Assembly (NCBI GenBank): GCA_964016885.1
Contig: OZ024742.1
Coordinates: 23,126,001-23,190,000 of the forward strand
Source: Eledone cirrhosa
Lineage: Eukaryota
Length of the DNA stretch: 64,000 nucleotides
Reading direction: 5' to 3'
Part shown: one piece after another, positions 12,174 to 25,866 of the stretch
Layout of the letters: every line of letters starts with the position of its first letter
Numbering within the stretch: the stretch's first letter is position 1
Made by a program: the position numbers and the translations under genes
Notes under the pieces: model-generated
The model's input: only the letters and a program-made list of their open reading frames with translations
Database searches by the model: none
What the model was told of the DNA's origin: nothing

Positions 12174-15100
12174 GTGCCAGTGGGTGTGTTAAGGGGAAAC
12201 ATGTGTGTGTTAGTGTTGTGTGTGTCAGTGGGTGTGTTAAGGGGAAACATGTGTGTGTTAGTGTTGTGTGTGTCAGTGGGTGTGTTAATGGGAAACATGT
12301 GTGTGTTAGTGTTGTGTGTGTCAGTGGGTGTATTAAGGGGAAACATGTGTGTGTTAGTGATGTGTGTGTCAGTGGGTGTGTTAAGGGGAAACATGTGTGT
12401 GTTAGTGTTGTGTGTATCAGTGGGTGTGTTAAGGGGAAACATATGGTGTTAGTGCTGTGTGTGTCAGTGGGTGTGTTAAGGGGAAACATGTGTGTGTTAG
12501 TGTTGTGTGTGCCAGTGAGTGTGTTAAGGGGAAATTTGTGTGTGTTAGTGTTGTGTGTGTCAGTGGGTGCATTAAGGGGAAACATGTGTGTGTTAGTGTT
12601 GTGTGTGTCAGTGGGTGTGTTAAGGGGAAACATATGTGAGTTAGTGTTGTGTGTGTCAGTGGGTGTTTTAAGGGGAAACATATGTGTGTTAGTGTTGTGT
12701 GTGTCAGTGGGTGTGTTAAGGGGAAACATATGTGTGTTAGTGTTGTGTGTGTCAGTGGGTGTGTTAAGGGGAAATATGTGTGTGTTAGTGTTGTGTGTGT
12801 CAGTGGGTGTGTTAAGGGGAAACATATGTGTGTTAGTGTTGTGTGTGTCAGTGGGTGTGTTAAGGGGAAACATATGTGTGTTAGTGTTGTGTGTGTCAGT
12901 GGGTGTGTTAAGGGGAATTATATGTGTGTTAGTGTTGTGTGTGTCAGTGGGTGTGTTAAGGGGAATTATATGTGTGTTAGTGTTGTGTGTGTCAGTGGGT
13001 GTGTTAAGGGGAATCATATGTGTGTTAGTGTTGTGTGTGTCAGTGGGTGTGTTAAGGCGAATCATATGTGTGTTAGTGTTGTGTGTGTCAGTGGGTGTGT
13101 TAAGGGGAAATATGTGTGTTAGTGTTGTGTGTGTCAGTGGGTGTGTTAAGGGGAAACATATGTGTGTCAGTGTTGTGTGTGTCAGTGGGTGTGTTAAGGG
13201 GAAATATGTGTGTGTTAGTGTTGTGTGTCTCAGTGGGTGTGTTAAGGGGAAATATGTGTGTGTTAGTGTTGTGTGTGTCAGTGGGTGTGTTAAGGGGAAA
13301 CATATGTGTGTTAGTATTGTGTGTGTCAGTTGGTGTGTTAAGGGGAAACATATGTGTGTTAGTGTTGTGTGTGTCAGTGGGTGTGTTAAGGGGAAACATA
13401 TGTGTGTTAGTGTTGTGTGTGTCAGTGGGTGTGTTAAGGGGAAATATGTGTGTTAGTGTTGTGTGTGTCAGTGGGTGTGTTAAGGAGAAACATATGTGTG
13501 TTAGTGTTGTGTGTGGCAGTGGGTGTGTTAAGGGGAAATATGTGTGTGTTAGTGTTGTGTGTGTCAGTGGGTGTGTTAAGGGGAAATATGTGTGTGTTAG
13601 TGTTGTGTGTCTCAGTGGGTGTGTTAAGGGGAAATATGTGTGTGTTCGTGTTGTGTGTGTCAGTGGGTGTGTTAAAGGGAAACATGTGTGTGTTGGGATT
13701 TTGTGTGTTAGTGGCTGCGTTTAGGGGAAACATATGTGTGTTAGTGTTGTGTGTGTCAGTGGGTGTGTTAAGGGGAAACTTGTGTGTGTTAGTGTTGCGT
13801 GTGTCAGTGGGTGTGTTATGGGGAAATAATATGTGTGTTTGTGTTGTGTGTGTCAGTGGGTGTGTTAAGGGGAAACATATGTGTGTTAGTGTTGTGTGTG
13901 TCAGTGGGAGTGTTAAGGGGAAATATGTGTGTGTTAGTGATGTGTGTGTCAGTGGGTGTGTTAAGGGGAAATATGTGTGTGTTAGTGTTGTGTGTGTCAG
14001 TGGGTGTGTTAAGGGGAAACATATGTGTGTTAGTGTTGTGAGTGTCAGTGGGTGTGTTAAGGGGAAACATGTGCGTGTTAGTGTTGTGTGTGTCAGTGGA
14101 TGTGTTAAGGCGAAACATATGTGTGTTAGTGTTGTGTGTGTCAGTGGGTGTGTTACGGGGAAATATGTGTGTGTTAGTGTTGTGTGTGTCAGTGGGTGTG
14201 TTAAGGGGAAATATGTGTGTGTTAGTGTATTGTGCGTCAGTGGGTGGGTTAAGGGGAAACATATGTGTGTTAGTGTTGTGCGTGTCAGTGGGTGTGTTAA
14301 GGGGAAACATATGTGTGTTAGTGTTGTGTGTGTCAGTGGGTGTGTTAAGGGGAAATATGTGTGTGTTAGTGTTGTGTGTGTCAGTGGGTGTCTTAAGGGG
14401 AATCATATGTGTGTTAGTGTTGTGTGTGTCAGTGGGTGTGTTAAGGGGAAATATGTGTGTGTTAGTGTTGTGTGTGTCAGTGGGTGTGTTAAGGGGAAAC
14501 ATATGTGTGTTAGTGTTGTGTGTGTCAGTGGGTGTGTTAAGGGGAAATATGTGTGTGTTAGTGTTGTGTTTATCAGTGGGTGTGTTAAGGGGAAACATAT
14601 GTGTGTTAGTGTTGTATGTGTTAGTGGGTGTGTTAAGGGGAAACATATGTGTGTTAGTGTTGTGTGTGTCAGTGGGTGTGTTTAGGGGAAACATGTGTGT
14701 GTGTTAGTGTTGTGTGTTAGTGGGTGTGTTAAGGGGAAACATGTGTGTGTTAGTGTTGTGTGTGTCAGTGGGTGTGTTAAGGGGAAATTTGTGTGTGTTA
14801 GTGTTGTGTGTGTCAGTGGGTGTGTTAAGGGGAAACATGTGTGTGTTAGTGTTGTGTGTGTCAGTGGGTGTATTAAGGCAAAACATGTGTGTGTTAGTGT
14901 TGTGTGTGTCAGTGGGTGTGTTAAGGGGAAACATATGTGAGTTAGTGTTGTGTGTGTCAGTGGGTGTTTTAAGGGGAAACATATGTGTGTTAGTGTTGTG
15001 TGTGTCAGTGGGTGTGTTAAGGGGAAATATATGTGTGTTAGTGTTGTGTGTGTCAGTGGGTGTGTTAAGGGGAATTATATGTGTGTTAGTGTTGTGTGTG

Positions 15101-18100
15101 TCAGTGGGTGTGTTAAGGGGAATCATATGTGTGTTAGTGTTGTGTGTGTCAGTGGGTGTGTTAAGGGGAAATATGTGTGTGTTAGTGTTGTGTGTGTCAG
15201 TGGGTGTGTTAAGGGGAATCATATGTGTGTTAGTGTTGTGTGTGTCAGTGGGTGTGTTAAGGGGAATCATATGTGTGTTAGTGTTGTGTGTGTCAGTGGG
15301 TATGTTAAGGGGAAATATGTGTGTTAGTGTTGTGTGTGTCAGTGGGTGTGTTAAGGGGAAACATATGTGTGTTAGTGTTGTGTGTGTCAGTGGGTGTGTT
15401 AAGGGGAAATATGTGTGTGTTAGTGTTGTGTGTGTCAGTGGGTGTGTTAAGGGGAAATATGTGTGTGTTAGTGTTGTGTGTGTCAGTGGGTGTGTTAAGG
15501 GGAAACATATGTGTGTTAGTATTGTGTGTGTCAGTGGGTGTGTTAAGCGGAAATATGTGTGTGTTAGTGTTGTGTGTGTCAGTGGGTGTGTTAAGGGGAA
15601 ACATGTGTGTGTTGGGATTTTGTGTGTTAGTGGCTGTGTTTAGGGGAAACATATGTGTGTTAGTGTTGTGTGTGTCAGTGGGTGTGTTAAGGGGAAACTT
15701 GTGTGTGTTAATGTTGTGTGTGTCAGTGGGTGTGTTATGGGGAAACATATGTGTGTTTGTGTTGTGTGTGTCAGTGGGTGTGTTAAGGGGAAACATATGT
15801 GTGTTAGAGTTGTGTGTGTCAGTGGGAGTGTTAAGGGGAAATATGTGTGTGTTAGTGTTGTGTGTGTCAGTGGGTGTGTTAAGGGGAAATATGTGTGTGT
15901 TAGTGTTGTGTGTGTCAGTGGGTGTGTTAAGGGGAAACATATGTGTGTTAGTGTTGTGTGTGTCAGTGGGTGTGTTAAGGGGAAACATGTGCGTGTTAGT
16001 GTTGTGTGTGTCAGTGGATGTGTTAAGGCGAAACATATGTGTGTTAGTGTTGTGTGTGTCAGTGGGTGTGTTACGGGGAAATATGTGTGTGTTAGTGTTG
16101 TGTGTGTCAGTGGGTGTGTTAAGGGGAAATATGTGTGTGTTAGTGTATTGTGCGTCAGAGGGTGGGTTAAGGGGAAACATATGTGTGTTAGTGTTGTGCG
16201 TGTCAGTGGGTGTGTTAAGGGGAAACATATGTGTGTTAGTGTTGTGTGTGTCAGTGGGTGTGTTAAGGGGAAATATGTGTGTGTTAGTGTTGTGTGTGTC
16301 AGTGGGTGTGTTAAGGGGAGTCATATGTGTGTTAGTGTTGTGTGTGTCAGTGGGTGCGTTCAGGAGAAACATATGTGTGTTAGTGTTGTGTGTGTCAGTG
16401 GGTGTGTTAAGGGGAAATATGTGTGTGTTAGTGTTGTGTGTGTCAGTGGGTGTGTTAAGGGGAAACATATGTGTGTTAGTGTTGTGTGTGTCAGTGGGTG
16501 TATTAAGGGGAAATATGTGTGTGTTAGTGTTGTGTTTATCAGTGGGTGTGTTAAGGGGAAACATATGTGTGTTAGTGTTGTATGTGTCAGTGGGTGTGTT
16601 AAGGGGAATTATATGTGTGTTAGTGTTGTGTGTGTCAGTGGGTGTGTTAAGGGGAATCATATGTGTGTTAGTGTTGTGTGTGTCAGTGGGTGTGTTAAGG
16701 GGAAATATGTGTGTGTTAGTGTTGTGTGTGTCAGTGGGTGTGTTAAGGGAAAACATGTGTGTGTTAGTGTTGTGTGTGTCAGTGGGTGTGTTAATGGGAA
16801 ACATGTGTGTGTTAGTGTTGTGTGTGTCAGTGGGTGTATTAAGGGGAAATATGTGTGTGTTAGTGATGTGTGTGTCAGTGGGTGTGTTAAGGGGAAACAT
16901 GTGTGTGTTAGTGTTGTGTGTATCAGTGGGTGTGTTAAGGGGAAACATATGGTGTTAGTGCTGTGTGTGTCAGTGGGTGTGTTAAGGGGAAACATGTGTG
17001 TGTTAGTGTTGTGTGTGTCAGTGGGTGTGTTAAGGGGAAACATGTGTGTGTTAGTGTTGTGTGTGTCAGTGGGTGTGTTAAGAGGAAACATGTGTGTGTT
17101 AGTGTTGTGTGTGTCAGTGGGTGTGTTAAGGGTAAACATATGTGTGTTAGTGTTGTGTGTGTCAGTGGGTGTGTTAAGGGGAAACTTGTGTGTGTTAGTG
17201 TTGTGTGTGTGTGTCAGTGGGTGTGTTAAGGGTAAACATGTATGTGTTAGTGTTGTGTGTGTCAGTGGGTGTGTTAAGGGGAAACATGTGTGTGTTAGTG
17301 TTGTGTGTGTCAGTGGGTGTGTTAAGGGGAATCATGTGTGTGATAGTGTTTGTGTGTGTCAGTGGGTGTGTTAAGGAGAAACATGTGTGTGTTAGTGTTG
17401 TGTGTGTCAGTGGGTGTGTTAAGGGGAAACCTGTGTGTGTTAGTGTTGTGTGTGTCAGTGGGTGTGTTAAGGGGAAACATATGTGTGTTAGTGTTGTGTG
17501 TGTCAGTGGGTGTGTTAAGGGGAAACATGTGTGTGTGTTAGTGTTGTGTGTGTCAGTGGGTGTGTTAAGGGGAAACATGTGTGTGTTAGTGTTGTGTGTG
17601 TCAGTGGGTGTGTTAAGGGGAAACATGTGTGTGTTAGTGTTGTGTGTGTCAGTGGGTGTGTTAAGGGGAAATATGTGTGTGTTAGTGTTGTGTGTGTCAG
17701 TGGGTGTGTTAAGGGTAAACATATGTGTGTTAGTGTTGTGTGTGTCAGTGGTAGTGTTAAGGGTAAACATGTGTGTGTTAGTGTTGTGTGTGTCAGTGGG
17801 TGTGTTAAGGGGAAACATGTGTGTGTTAGTGTTGTGTGTGTCAGTGGGTGTGTTAAGGGGAAATTTGTGTGTGTTAGTGTTGTGTGTGTCAGTGGGTGTG
17901 TTAAGGGGAAACATGTGTGTGTTAGTGTTGTATGTGTCAGTGGGTGTGTTAAGGGGAAATATGTGTGTGTTAGTGTTGTGTGTGCCAGTGAGTGTGTTAA
18001 GGGGAAATTTGTGTGTGTTAGTGTTGTGTGTTTCAGTGGGTGCATTAAGGGGAAACATGTGTGTGTTAGTGTTGTGTGTGTCAGTGGGTGTGTTAAGGGG

Positions 18101-21100
18101 AAACATATGTGAGTTAGTGTTGTGTGTATCAGTGGGTGTTTTAAGGGGAAACATATGTGTGTTAGTGTTGTGTGTGTCAGTGGGTGTGTTAAGGGGAAAC
18201 ATATGTGTGTTAGTGTTGTGTGTGTCAGTGGGTGTGTTAAGGGGAAATATGTGTGTGTTAGTGTTGTGTGTGTCAGTGGGTGTGTTAAGGGGAAACATAT
18301 GTGTGTTAGTGTTGTGTGTGTCAGTGGGTGTGTTAAGGGGAAACATATGTGTGTTAGTGTTGTGTGTGTCAGTGGGTGTGTTAAGGGGAATTATATGTGT
18401 GTTAGTGTTGTGTGTGTCAGTGGGTGTGTTAAGGGGAATTATATGTGTGTTAGTGTTGTGTGTGTCAGTGGGTGTGTTAAGGGGAATCATATGTGTGTTA
18501 GTGTTGTGTGTGTCAGTGGGTGTGTTAAGGCGAATCATATGTGTGTTAGTGTTGTGTGTGTCAGTGGGTGTGTTAAGGGGAAATATGTGTGTTAGTGTTG
18601 TGTGTGTCAGTGGGTGTGTTAAGGGGAAACATATGTGTGTCAGTGTTGTGTGTGTCAGTGGGTGTGTTAAGGGGAAATATGTGTGTGTTAGTGTTGTGTG
18701 TCTCAGTGGGTGTGTTAACGGGAAATATGTGTGTGTTAGTGTTGTGTGTGTCAGTGGGTGTGTTAAGGGGAAACATATGTGTGTTAGTATTGTGTGTGTC
18801 AGTTGGTGTGTTAAGGGGAAACATATGTGTGTTAGTGTTGTGTGTGTCAGTGGGTGTGTTAAGGGGAAACATATGTGTGTTAGTGTTGTGTGTGTCAGTG
18901 GGTGTGTTAAGGGGAAATATGTGTGTTAGTGGTGTGTGTGTCAGTGGGTGTGTTAAGGGGAAACATATGTGTGTTAGTGTTGTGTGTGTCAGTGGGTGTG
19001 TTAAGGGGAAATATGTGTGTGTTAGTGTTGTGTGTGTCAGTGGGTGTGTTAAGGGGAAATATGTGTGTGTTAGTGTTGTGTGTCTCAGTGGGTGTGTTAA
19101 GGGGAAATATGTGTGTGTTCGTGTTGTGTGTGTCAGTGGGTGTGTTAAAGGGAAACATGTGTGTGTTGGGATTTTGTGTGTTAGTGGCTGCGTTTAGGGG
19201 AAACATATGTGTGTTAGTGTTGTGTGTGTCAGTGGGTGTGTTAAGGGGAAACTTGTGTGTGTTAGTGTTGCGTGTGTCAGTGGGTGTGTTATGGGGAAAT
19301 AATATGTGTGTTTGTGTTGTGTGTGTCAGTGGGTGTGTTAAGGGGAAACATATGTGTGTTAGTGTTGTGTGTGTCAGTGGGAGTGTTAAGGGGAAATATG
19401 TGTGTGTTAGTGTTGTGTGTGTCAGTGGGTGTGTTAAGGGGAAATATGTGTGTGTTAGTGTTGTGTGTGTCAGTGGGTGTGTTAAGGGGAAACATATGTG
19501 TGTTAGTGTTGTGAGTGTCAGTGGGTGTGTTAAGGGGAAACATGTGCGTGTTAGTGTTGTGTGTGTCAGTGGATGTGTTAAGGGGAAACATATGTGTGTT
19601 AGTGTTGTGTGTGTCAGTGGGTGTGTTACGGGGAAATATGTGTGTGTTAGAGTTGTGTGTGTCAGTGGGTGTGTTAAGGGGAAATATGTGTGTGTTAGTG
19701 TATTGTGCGTCAGTGGGTGGGTTAAGGGGAAACATATGTGTGTTAGTGTTGTGCGTGTCAGTGGGTGTGTTAAGGGGAAACATATGTGTGTTAGTGTTGT
19801 GTGTGTCAGTGGGTGTGTTAAGGGGAAATATGTGTGTGTTAGTGTTGTGTGTGTCAGTGGGTGTCTTAAGGGGAATCATATGTGTGTTAGTGTTGTGTGT
19901 GTCAGTGGGTGCGTTAAGGAGAAACATATGTGTGTTAGTGTTGTGTGTGTCAGTGGGTGTGTTAAGGGGAAATATGTGTGTGTTAGTGTTGTGTGTGTCA
20001 GTGGGTGTGTTAAGGGGAAACATATGTGTGTTAGTGTTGTGTGTGTCAGTGGGTGTGTTAAGGGGAAATATGTGTGTGTTAGTGTTGTGTTTATCAGTGG
20101 GTGTGTTAAGGGGAAACATATGTGTGTTAGTGTTGTATGTGTTAGTGGGTGTGTTAAGGGGAAACATATGTGTGTTAGTGTTGTGTGTGTCAGTGGGTGT
20201 GTTTAGGGGAAACATGTGTGTGTGTTAGTGTTGTGTGTTAGTGGGTGTGTTAAGGGGAAACATGTGTGTGTTAGTGTTGTGTGTGTCAGTGGGTGTGTTA
20301 AGGGGAAACATGTGTGTGTTAGTGTTGTGTGTGTCAGTGGGTGTATTAAGGCAAAACATGTGTGTGTTAGTGTTGTGTGTGTCAGTGGGTGTGTTAAGGG
20401 GAAACATATGTGAGTTAGTGTTGTGTGTGTCAGTGGGCGTTTTAAGGGGAAACATATGTGTGTTAGTGTTGTGTGTGTCAGTGGGTGTGTTAAGGGGAAA
20501 TATATGTGTGTTAGTGTTGTGTGTGTCAGTGAGTGTGTTAAGGGGAATTATATGTGTGTTAGTGTTGTGTGTGTCAGTGGGTGTGTTAAGGGGAATCATA
20601 TGTGTGTTAGTGTTGTGTGTGTCAGTGGGTGTGTTAAGGGGAAATATGTGTGTGTTAGTGTTGTGTGTGTCAGTGGGTGTGTTAAGGGGAATCATATGTG
20701 TGTTAGTGTTGTGTGTGTCAGTGGGTGTGTTAAGGGGAATCATATGTGTGTTAGTGTTGTGTGTGTCAGTGGGTATGTTAAGGGGAAATATGTGTGTTAG
20801 TGTTGTGTGTGTCAGTGGGTGTGTTAAGGGGAAATATGTGTGTGTTAGTGTTGTGTGTGTCAGTGGGTGTGTTAAGGGGAAATATGTGTGTGTTAGTGTT
20901 GTGTGTGTCAGTGGGTGTATTAAGGGGAAATATGTGTGTGTTAGTGTTGTGTGTGTCAGTGGGTGTGTTAAGGGGAAACATATGTGTGTTAGTATTGTGT
21001 GTGTCAGTGGGTGTGTTAAGCGGAAATATGTGTGTGTTAGTGTTGTGTGTGTCAGTGGGTGTGTTAAGGGGAAACATGTGTGTGTTGGGATTTTGTGTGT

Positions 21101-24100
21101 TAGTGGCTGTGTTTAGGGGAAACATATGTGTGTTAGTGTTGTGTGTGTCAGTGGGTGTGTTAAGGGGAAACTTGTGTGTGTTAATGTTGTGTGTGTCAGT
21201 GGGTGTGTTATGGGGAAACATATGTGTGTTTGTGTTGTGTGTGTCAGTGGGTGTGTTAAGGGGAAACATATGTGTGTTAGTGTTGTGTGTGTCAGTGGGA
21301 GTGTTAAGGGGAAATATGTGTGTGTTAGTGTTGTGTGTGTCAGTGGGTGTGTTAAGGGGAAATATGTGTGTGTTAGTGTTGTGTGTGTCAGTGGGTGTGT
21401 TAAGGGGAAACATATGTGTGTTATTGTTGTGTGTGTCAGTGGGTGTGTTAAGGGGAAACATGTGCGTGTTAGTGTTGTGTGTGTCAGTGGATGTGTTAAG
21501 GCGAAACATATGTGTGTTAGTGTTGTGTGTGTCAGTGGGTGTGTTACGGGGAAATATGTGTGTGTTAGTGTTGTGTGTGTCAGTGGGTGTGTTAAGGGGA
21601 AATATGTGTGTGTTAGTGTATTGTGCGTCAGAGGGTGGGTTAAGGGGAAACATATGTGTGTTAGTGTTGTGCGTGTCAGTGGGTGTGTTAAGGGGAAACA
21701 TATGTGTGTTAGTGTTGTGTGTGTCAGTGGGTGTGTTAAGGGGAAATATGTGTGTGTTAGTGTTGTGTGTGTCAGTGGGTGTGTTAAGGGGAGTCATATG
21801 TGTGTTAGTGTTGTGTGTGTCAGTGGGTGCGTTAAGGAGAAACATATGTGTGTTAGTGTTGTGTGTGTCAGTGGGTGTGTTAAGGGGAAATATGTGTGTG
21901 TTAGTGTTGTGTGTGTCAGTGGGTGTGTTAAGGGGAAACATATGTGTGTTAGTGTTGTGTGTGTCAGTGGGTGTATTAAGGGGAAATATGTGTGTGTTAG
22001 TGTTGTGTTTATCAGTGGGTGTGTTAAGGGGAATCATATGTGTGTTAGTGTTGTATGTGTTAGTGGGTGTGTTAAGGGGAAACATATGTGTGTTAGTGTT
22101 GTGTGTGTCAGTGGGTGTGTTTAGGGGAAACATGTGTGTGTGTGTTAGTGTTGTGTGTTAGTGGGTGTGTTAAGGGGAAACATATGTGTGTTAGTGTTGT
22201 GTGTGTCAGTGGGTGTGTTAAGGGGAAACATGTGTGTGTTGGGATTGTGTGTGTTAGTGGGTGTGTTAAGGGGAAACCTGTGTGTGTTAGTGTTGTGTGT
22301 GTCAGTGGGTGTGTTAAGTGGAAATATGTGTGTGTTACTGTTGTGTGTGTCAGTGTGTGTGTTAAGGGGAAACATATGTGTGTGTTAGTGTTGTGTGTGT
22401 CAGTGGGTGTTTTAAGGGGAAACATATGTGTGTTAGTGTTGTGTGTGTCAGTGGGTGTGTTAAGGGGAAACATAGGTGTGTTAGTGTTGTGTGTGTCAGT
22501 GGGTGTGTTAAGGGGAATTATATGTGTGTTAGTGTTGTGTGTGTCAGTGGGTGTGTTAAGGGGAATCATATGTGTGTTAGTGTTGTGTGTGTCAGTGGGT
22601 GTGTTAAGGGGAAATATGTGTGTGTTAGTGTTGTGTGTGTCAGTGGGTGTGTTAAGGGGAATCATATGTGTGTTAGTGTTGTGTGTGTCAGTGGATGTGT
22701 TAAGGGGAATCATATGTGTGTTAGTGTTGTGTGTGTCAGTGGGTATGTTAAGGGGAAATATGTGTTAGTGTTGTGTGTGTCAGTGTGTGTTTTAAGGGGA
22801 AACATATGTGTGTTAGTGTTGTGTGTGTCAGTGGGTGTGTTAAGGGGAAATATGTGTGTGTTAGTGTTGTGTGTGTCAGTGGGTGTGTTAAGGGGAAATA
22901 TGTGTGTGTTAGTGTTGTGTGTGTCAGTGGGTGTGTTAAGGGGAAACATATGTGTGTTAGTATTGTGTGTGTCAGTGGGTGTGTTAAGCGGAAATATGTG
23001 TGTGTTAGTGTTGTGTGTGTCAGTGGGTGTGTTAAGGGGAAACATGTGTGTGTTGGGATTTTGTGTGTTAGTGGCTGTGTTTAGGGGAAACATATGTGTG
23101 TTAGTGTTGTGTGTGTCAGTGGGTGTGTTAAGGGGAAACTTGTGTGTGTTAGTGTTGTGTGTGTCAGTGGGTGTGTTATGGGGAAACATATGTGTGTTTG
23201 TGTTGTGTGTGTCAGTGGGTGTGTTACGGGGAAATATGTGTGTGTTAGTGTTGTGTGTGTCAGTGGGTGTGTTAAGGGGAAATATGTGTGTGTTAGTGTA
23301 TTGTGCGTCAGTGGGTGGGTTAAGGGGAAACATATGTGTGTTAGTGTTGTGCGTGTCAGTGGGTGTGTTAAGGGGAAACATATGTGTGTTAGTGTTGTGT
23401 GTGTCAGTGGGTGTGTTAAGGGGAAATATGTGTGTGTTAGTGTTGTGTGTGTCAGTGGGTGTGTTAAGGGGAATCATATGTGTGTTAGTGTTGTGTGTGT
23501 CAGTGGGTGCGTTAAGGAGAAACATATGTGTGTTAGTGTTGTGTGTGTCAGTGGGTGTGTTAAGGGGAAATATGTGTGTGTTAGTGTTGTGTGTGTCAGT
23601 GGGTGTGTTAAGGGGAAACATATGTGTGTTAGTGTTGTGTGTGTCAGTGGGTGTATTAAGGGGAAACATATGTGTGTTAGTGTTGTGTGTGTCAGTGGGT
23701 GTGTTTAGGGGAAACATGTGTGTGTGTTAGTGTTGTGTGTTAGTGGGTGTGTTAAGGGGAAACATATGTGTGTTAGTGTTGTGTGTGTCAGTGGGTGTGT
23801 TAAGGGGAAACATGTGTGTGTTGGGATTGTGTGTGTTAGTGGGTGTGTTAAGGGGAAACATGTGTGTGTTAGTGTTGTGTGTGTCAGTGGGTGTGTTAAG
23901 TGGAAATATGTGTGTGTTAGTGTTGTGTGTGTCAGTGTGTGTGTTAAGGGGAAACATATGTGTGTGGTAGTGTTGTGTGTGTCAGTGGGTGTGTTAAGGG
24001 GAAACATGTGTGTGTTAGTGTTATGTGTGTCAGTGGGTGTGTTAAGGGGAAATATGTGTGTGTTAGTGTTGTGTGTGTCAGTGGGTGTGTTAAGGGAAAT

Positions 24101-24520
24101 CATATGTATGTTAGTGTTGTGTGTGTCAGTGGGTGTGTTTAGGGGAAACATGTGTGTGTTGCGAGTGAGTGTGTTAAGGGGAAACATGTGTGTGTTGGGA
24201 TTGTGTGTGTCAGTGGGTGTGTTAAGGGGAAACATGTGTGTGTTGGGAGTGAGTGTGTTAAGGGGAAAATGTGTGTGTTGGGATTGTGTGTGTCAGTGGG
24301 TGTGTTAAGGGGAAACATGTGTGTGTCAGTTGGTGTGTTAAGGGGGAACAGGTGTGTGTGTTGGGATTGTGTGTGTCAGTGTCTGGTGTGTTAAGGTGGA
24401 ACATGTGTGTGTTTGGATTGTGTGCGTGTGTGTGTGCTGTGTTAAGGGGAAACATGTTTGTGTTAGCGTTGTGTGCCTGTGTGTGTGGTGTGTTAAGGGG
24501 AAACATGTGTGTGTTGGGAT
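12174..24520. repeat. 48-bp tandem satellite (GTGTGTTAGTGTTGTGTGTGTCAGTGGGTGTGTTAAGGGGAAACATAT) with higher-order repeats
   Basis: About 250 units; 16-aa periodic ORFs on both strands; diagnostic variants recur at 1919 and 5473 bp. Confidence 0.97.
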
Positions 24521-25277
24521 TGTGATTGTGTATATTTATGTGTGCGTGTGTCTCCATGTGAATATGAATGCGTGTATGTCAGTAGATGTGTGTGTCTGAA
24601 TATGCATGCGTTTATGTTAGTTGATGTGTGTCTGAATATGCATGCGTGTGTGTCATTACATGTGGGAGTATGTGTGTGTGTGAATATGCATGTGTGTCAG
24701 TAGGTGTGTGATTCTGTATGTGTGTGTGTTAGTAGGTGTCTGAATGTAAATGCACCTCTAGTCTGTATAGGTATGGGAGTAGCCAAGCATGTATGCGTCC
24801 GTGTATATGTGTGTATGTATCTGTGTGTATGTGAACATGATTGCGTTTATGTGTTAGGATTGTGACTATCTATGTATATGTGTCCGTGTCAATATGCAAG
24901 CGCGTGTGTCTACCTATACATGTATGTGTGTTAATAGGTATGTGAATATATATATGGGTATGCTATTGTTTATGTGTAAGTATCTATGTATATGTTTGTA
25001 TGAGGATATACTTGTATGTCTGCCTGTATGTATATGTATATATGTGTGTGTATGTGAATATGTGTATGTATGCGTTAGAAGTAGTGAAAGACTGTGAAGG
25101 GGGTGTAAGTATGTTATTGAGCCGCTTATGAATAGGATGAAGACAAAGAGGAGCCCGAGGCAAACGTTGGTGGGAATCGATAGAGATGTATATCAGCCAC
25201 ACAAGAACGCAAGAAACCTATTATATTCATGATAGTCTTTGGAATAGAACAGAGCAGAAGCTCAACGCAAGGATGTG

Positions 25278-25340
<63 letters not shown>

Positions 25341-25866
25341 TTTGAATATGTATAATAAAGCCAAAACAATGCAGGTATGGACATAGAAAAAAGAATGCAA
25401 TTGCAAAAGATATTGTTGACAATTCGTCTTTTACCTTAGATTTATTTAAATGTCCTTAATTTTCGAGATAATATCTCTTCATCAGAGGGAAATAAAGATC
25501 TCAAACCAGCGTTCTAAATATCTTGCCAAGCCATGCTGACAGGAAATAGTATAGAGTATCTGTTCTATCTCTAATGTCAAAGAGTTAAAATTAGGTGAAT
25601 AAAGAGTAGTCTCCCTTTAAAAGGGGTTTATTTATGGGTTTTTTTTTATATATACATGCCTGTTTAAGTGCGTGGGAGAATGCATGAAGGTTTAAGTATG
25701 TGAGTGTGTGTGTGTGAGTGTGAGAAGATAAGTCTATTCGTAAATGTGGGGGGATAGGTGTTATCTGGTGTTAGAACTGGTTTTGTGTGTGTATGTGTGA
25801 GAGAGAATAAGTGGAGGTGTAAGCGTGTGTGTGTGGGGGTGTGTAAATATGGGGCTAGAAGCCCTA

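Noticed and set aside
12174-24520. CRISPR array or telomeric array
   Set aside because: No unique spacers and a eukaryotic context; TTAAGGGG/TTAGGGG occurs once per unit, not as tandem TTAGGG.
12095-24703. Long Cys/Val-rich and Thr/His/Asn-rich ORFs (up to 574 aa)
   Set aside because: They follow from a stop-poor 48-bp unit; they are open on both strands and switch frame at 2-bp indels.
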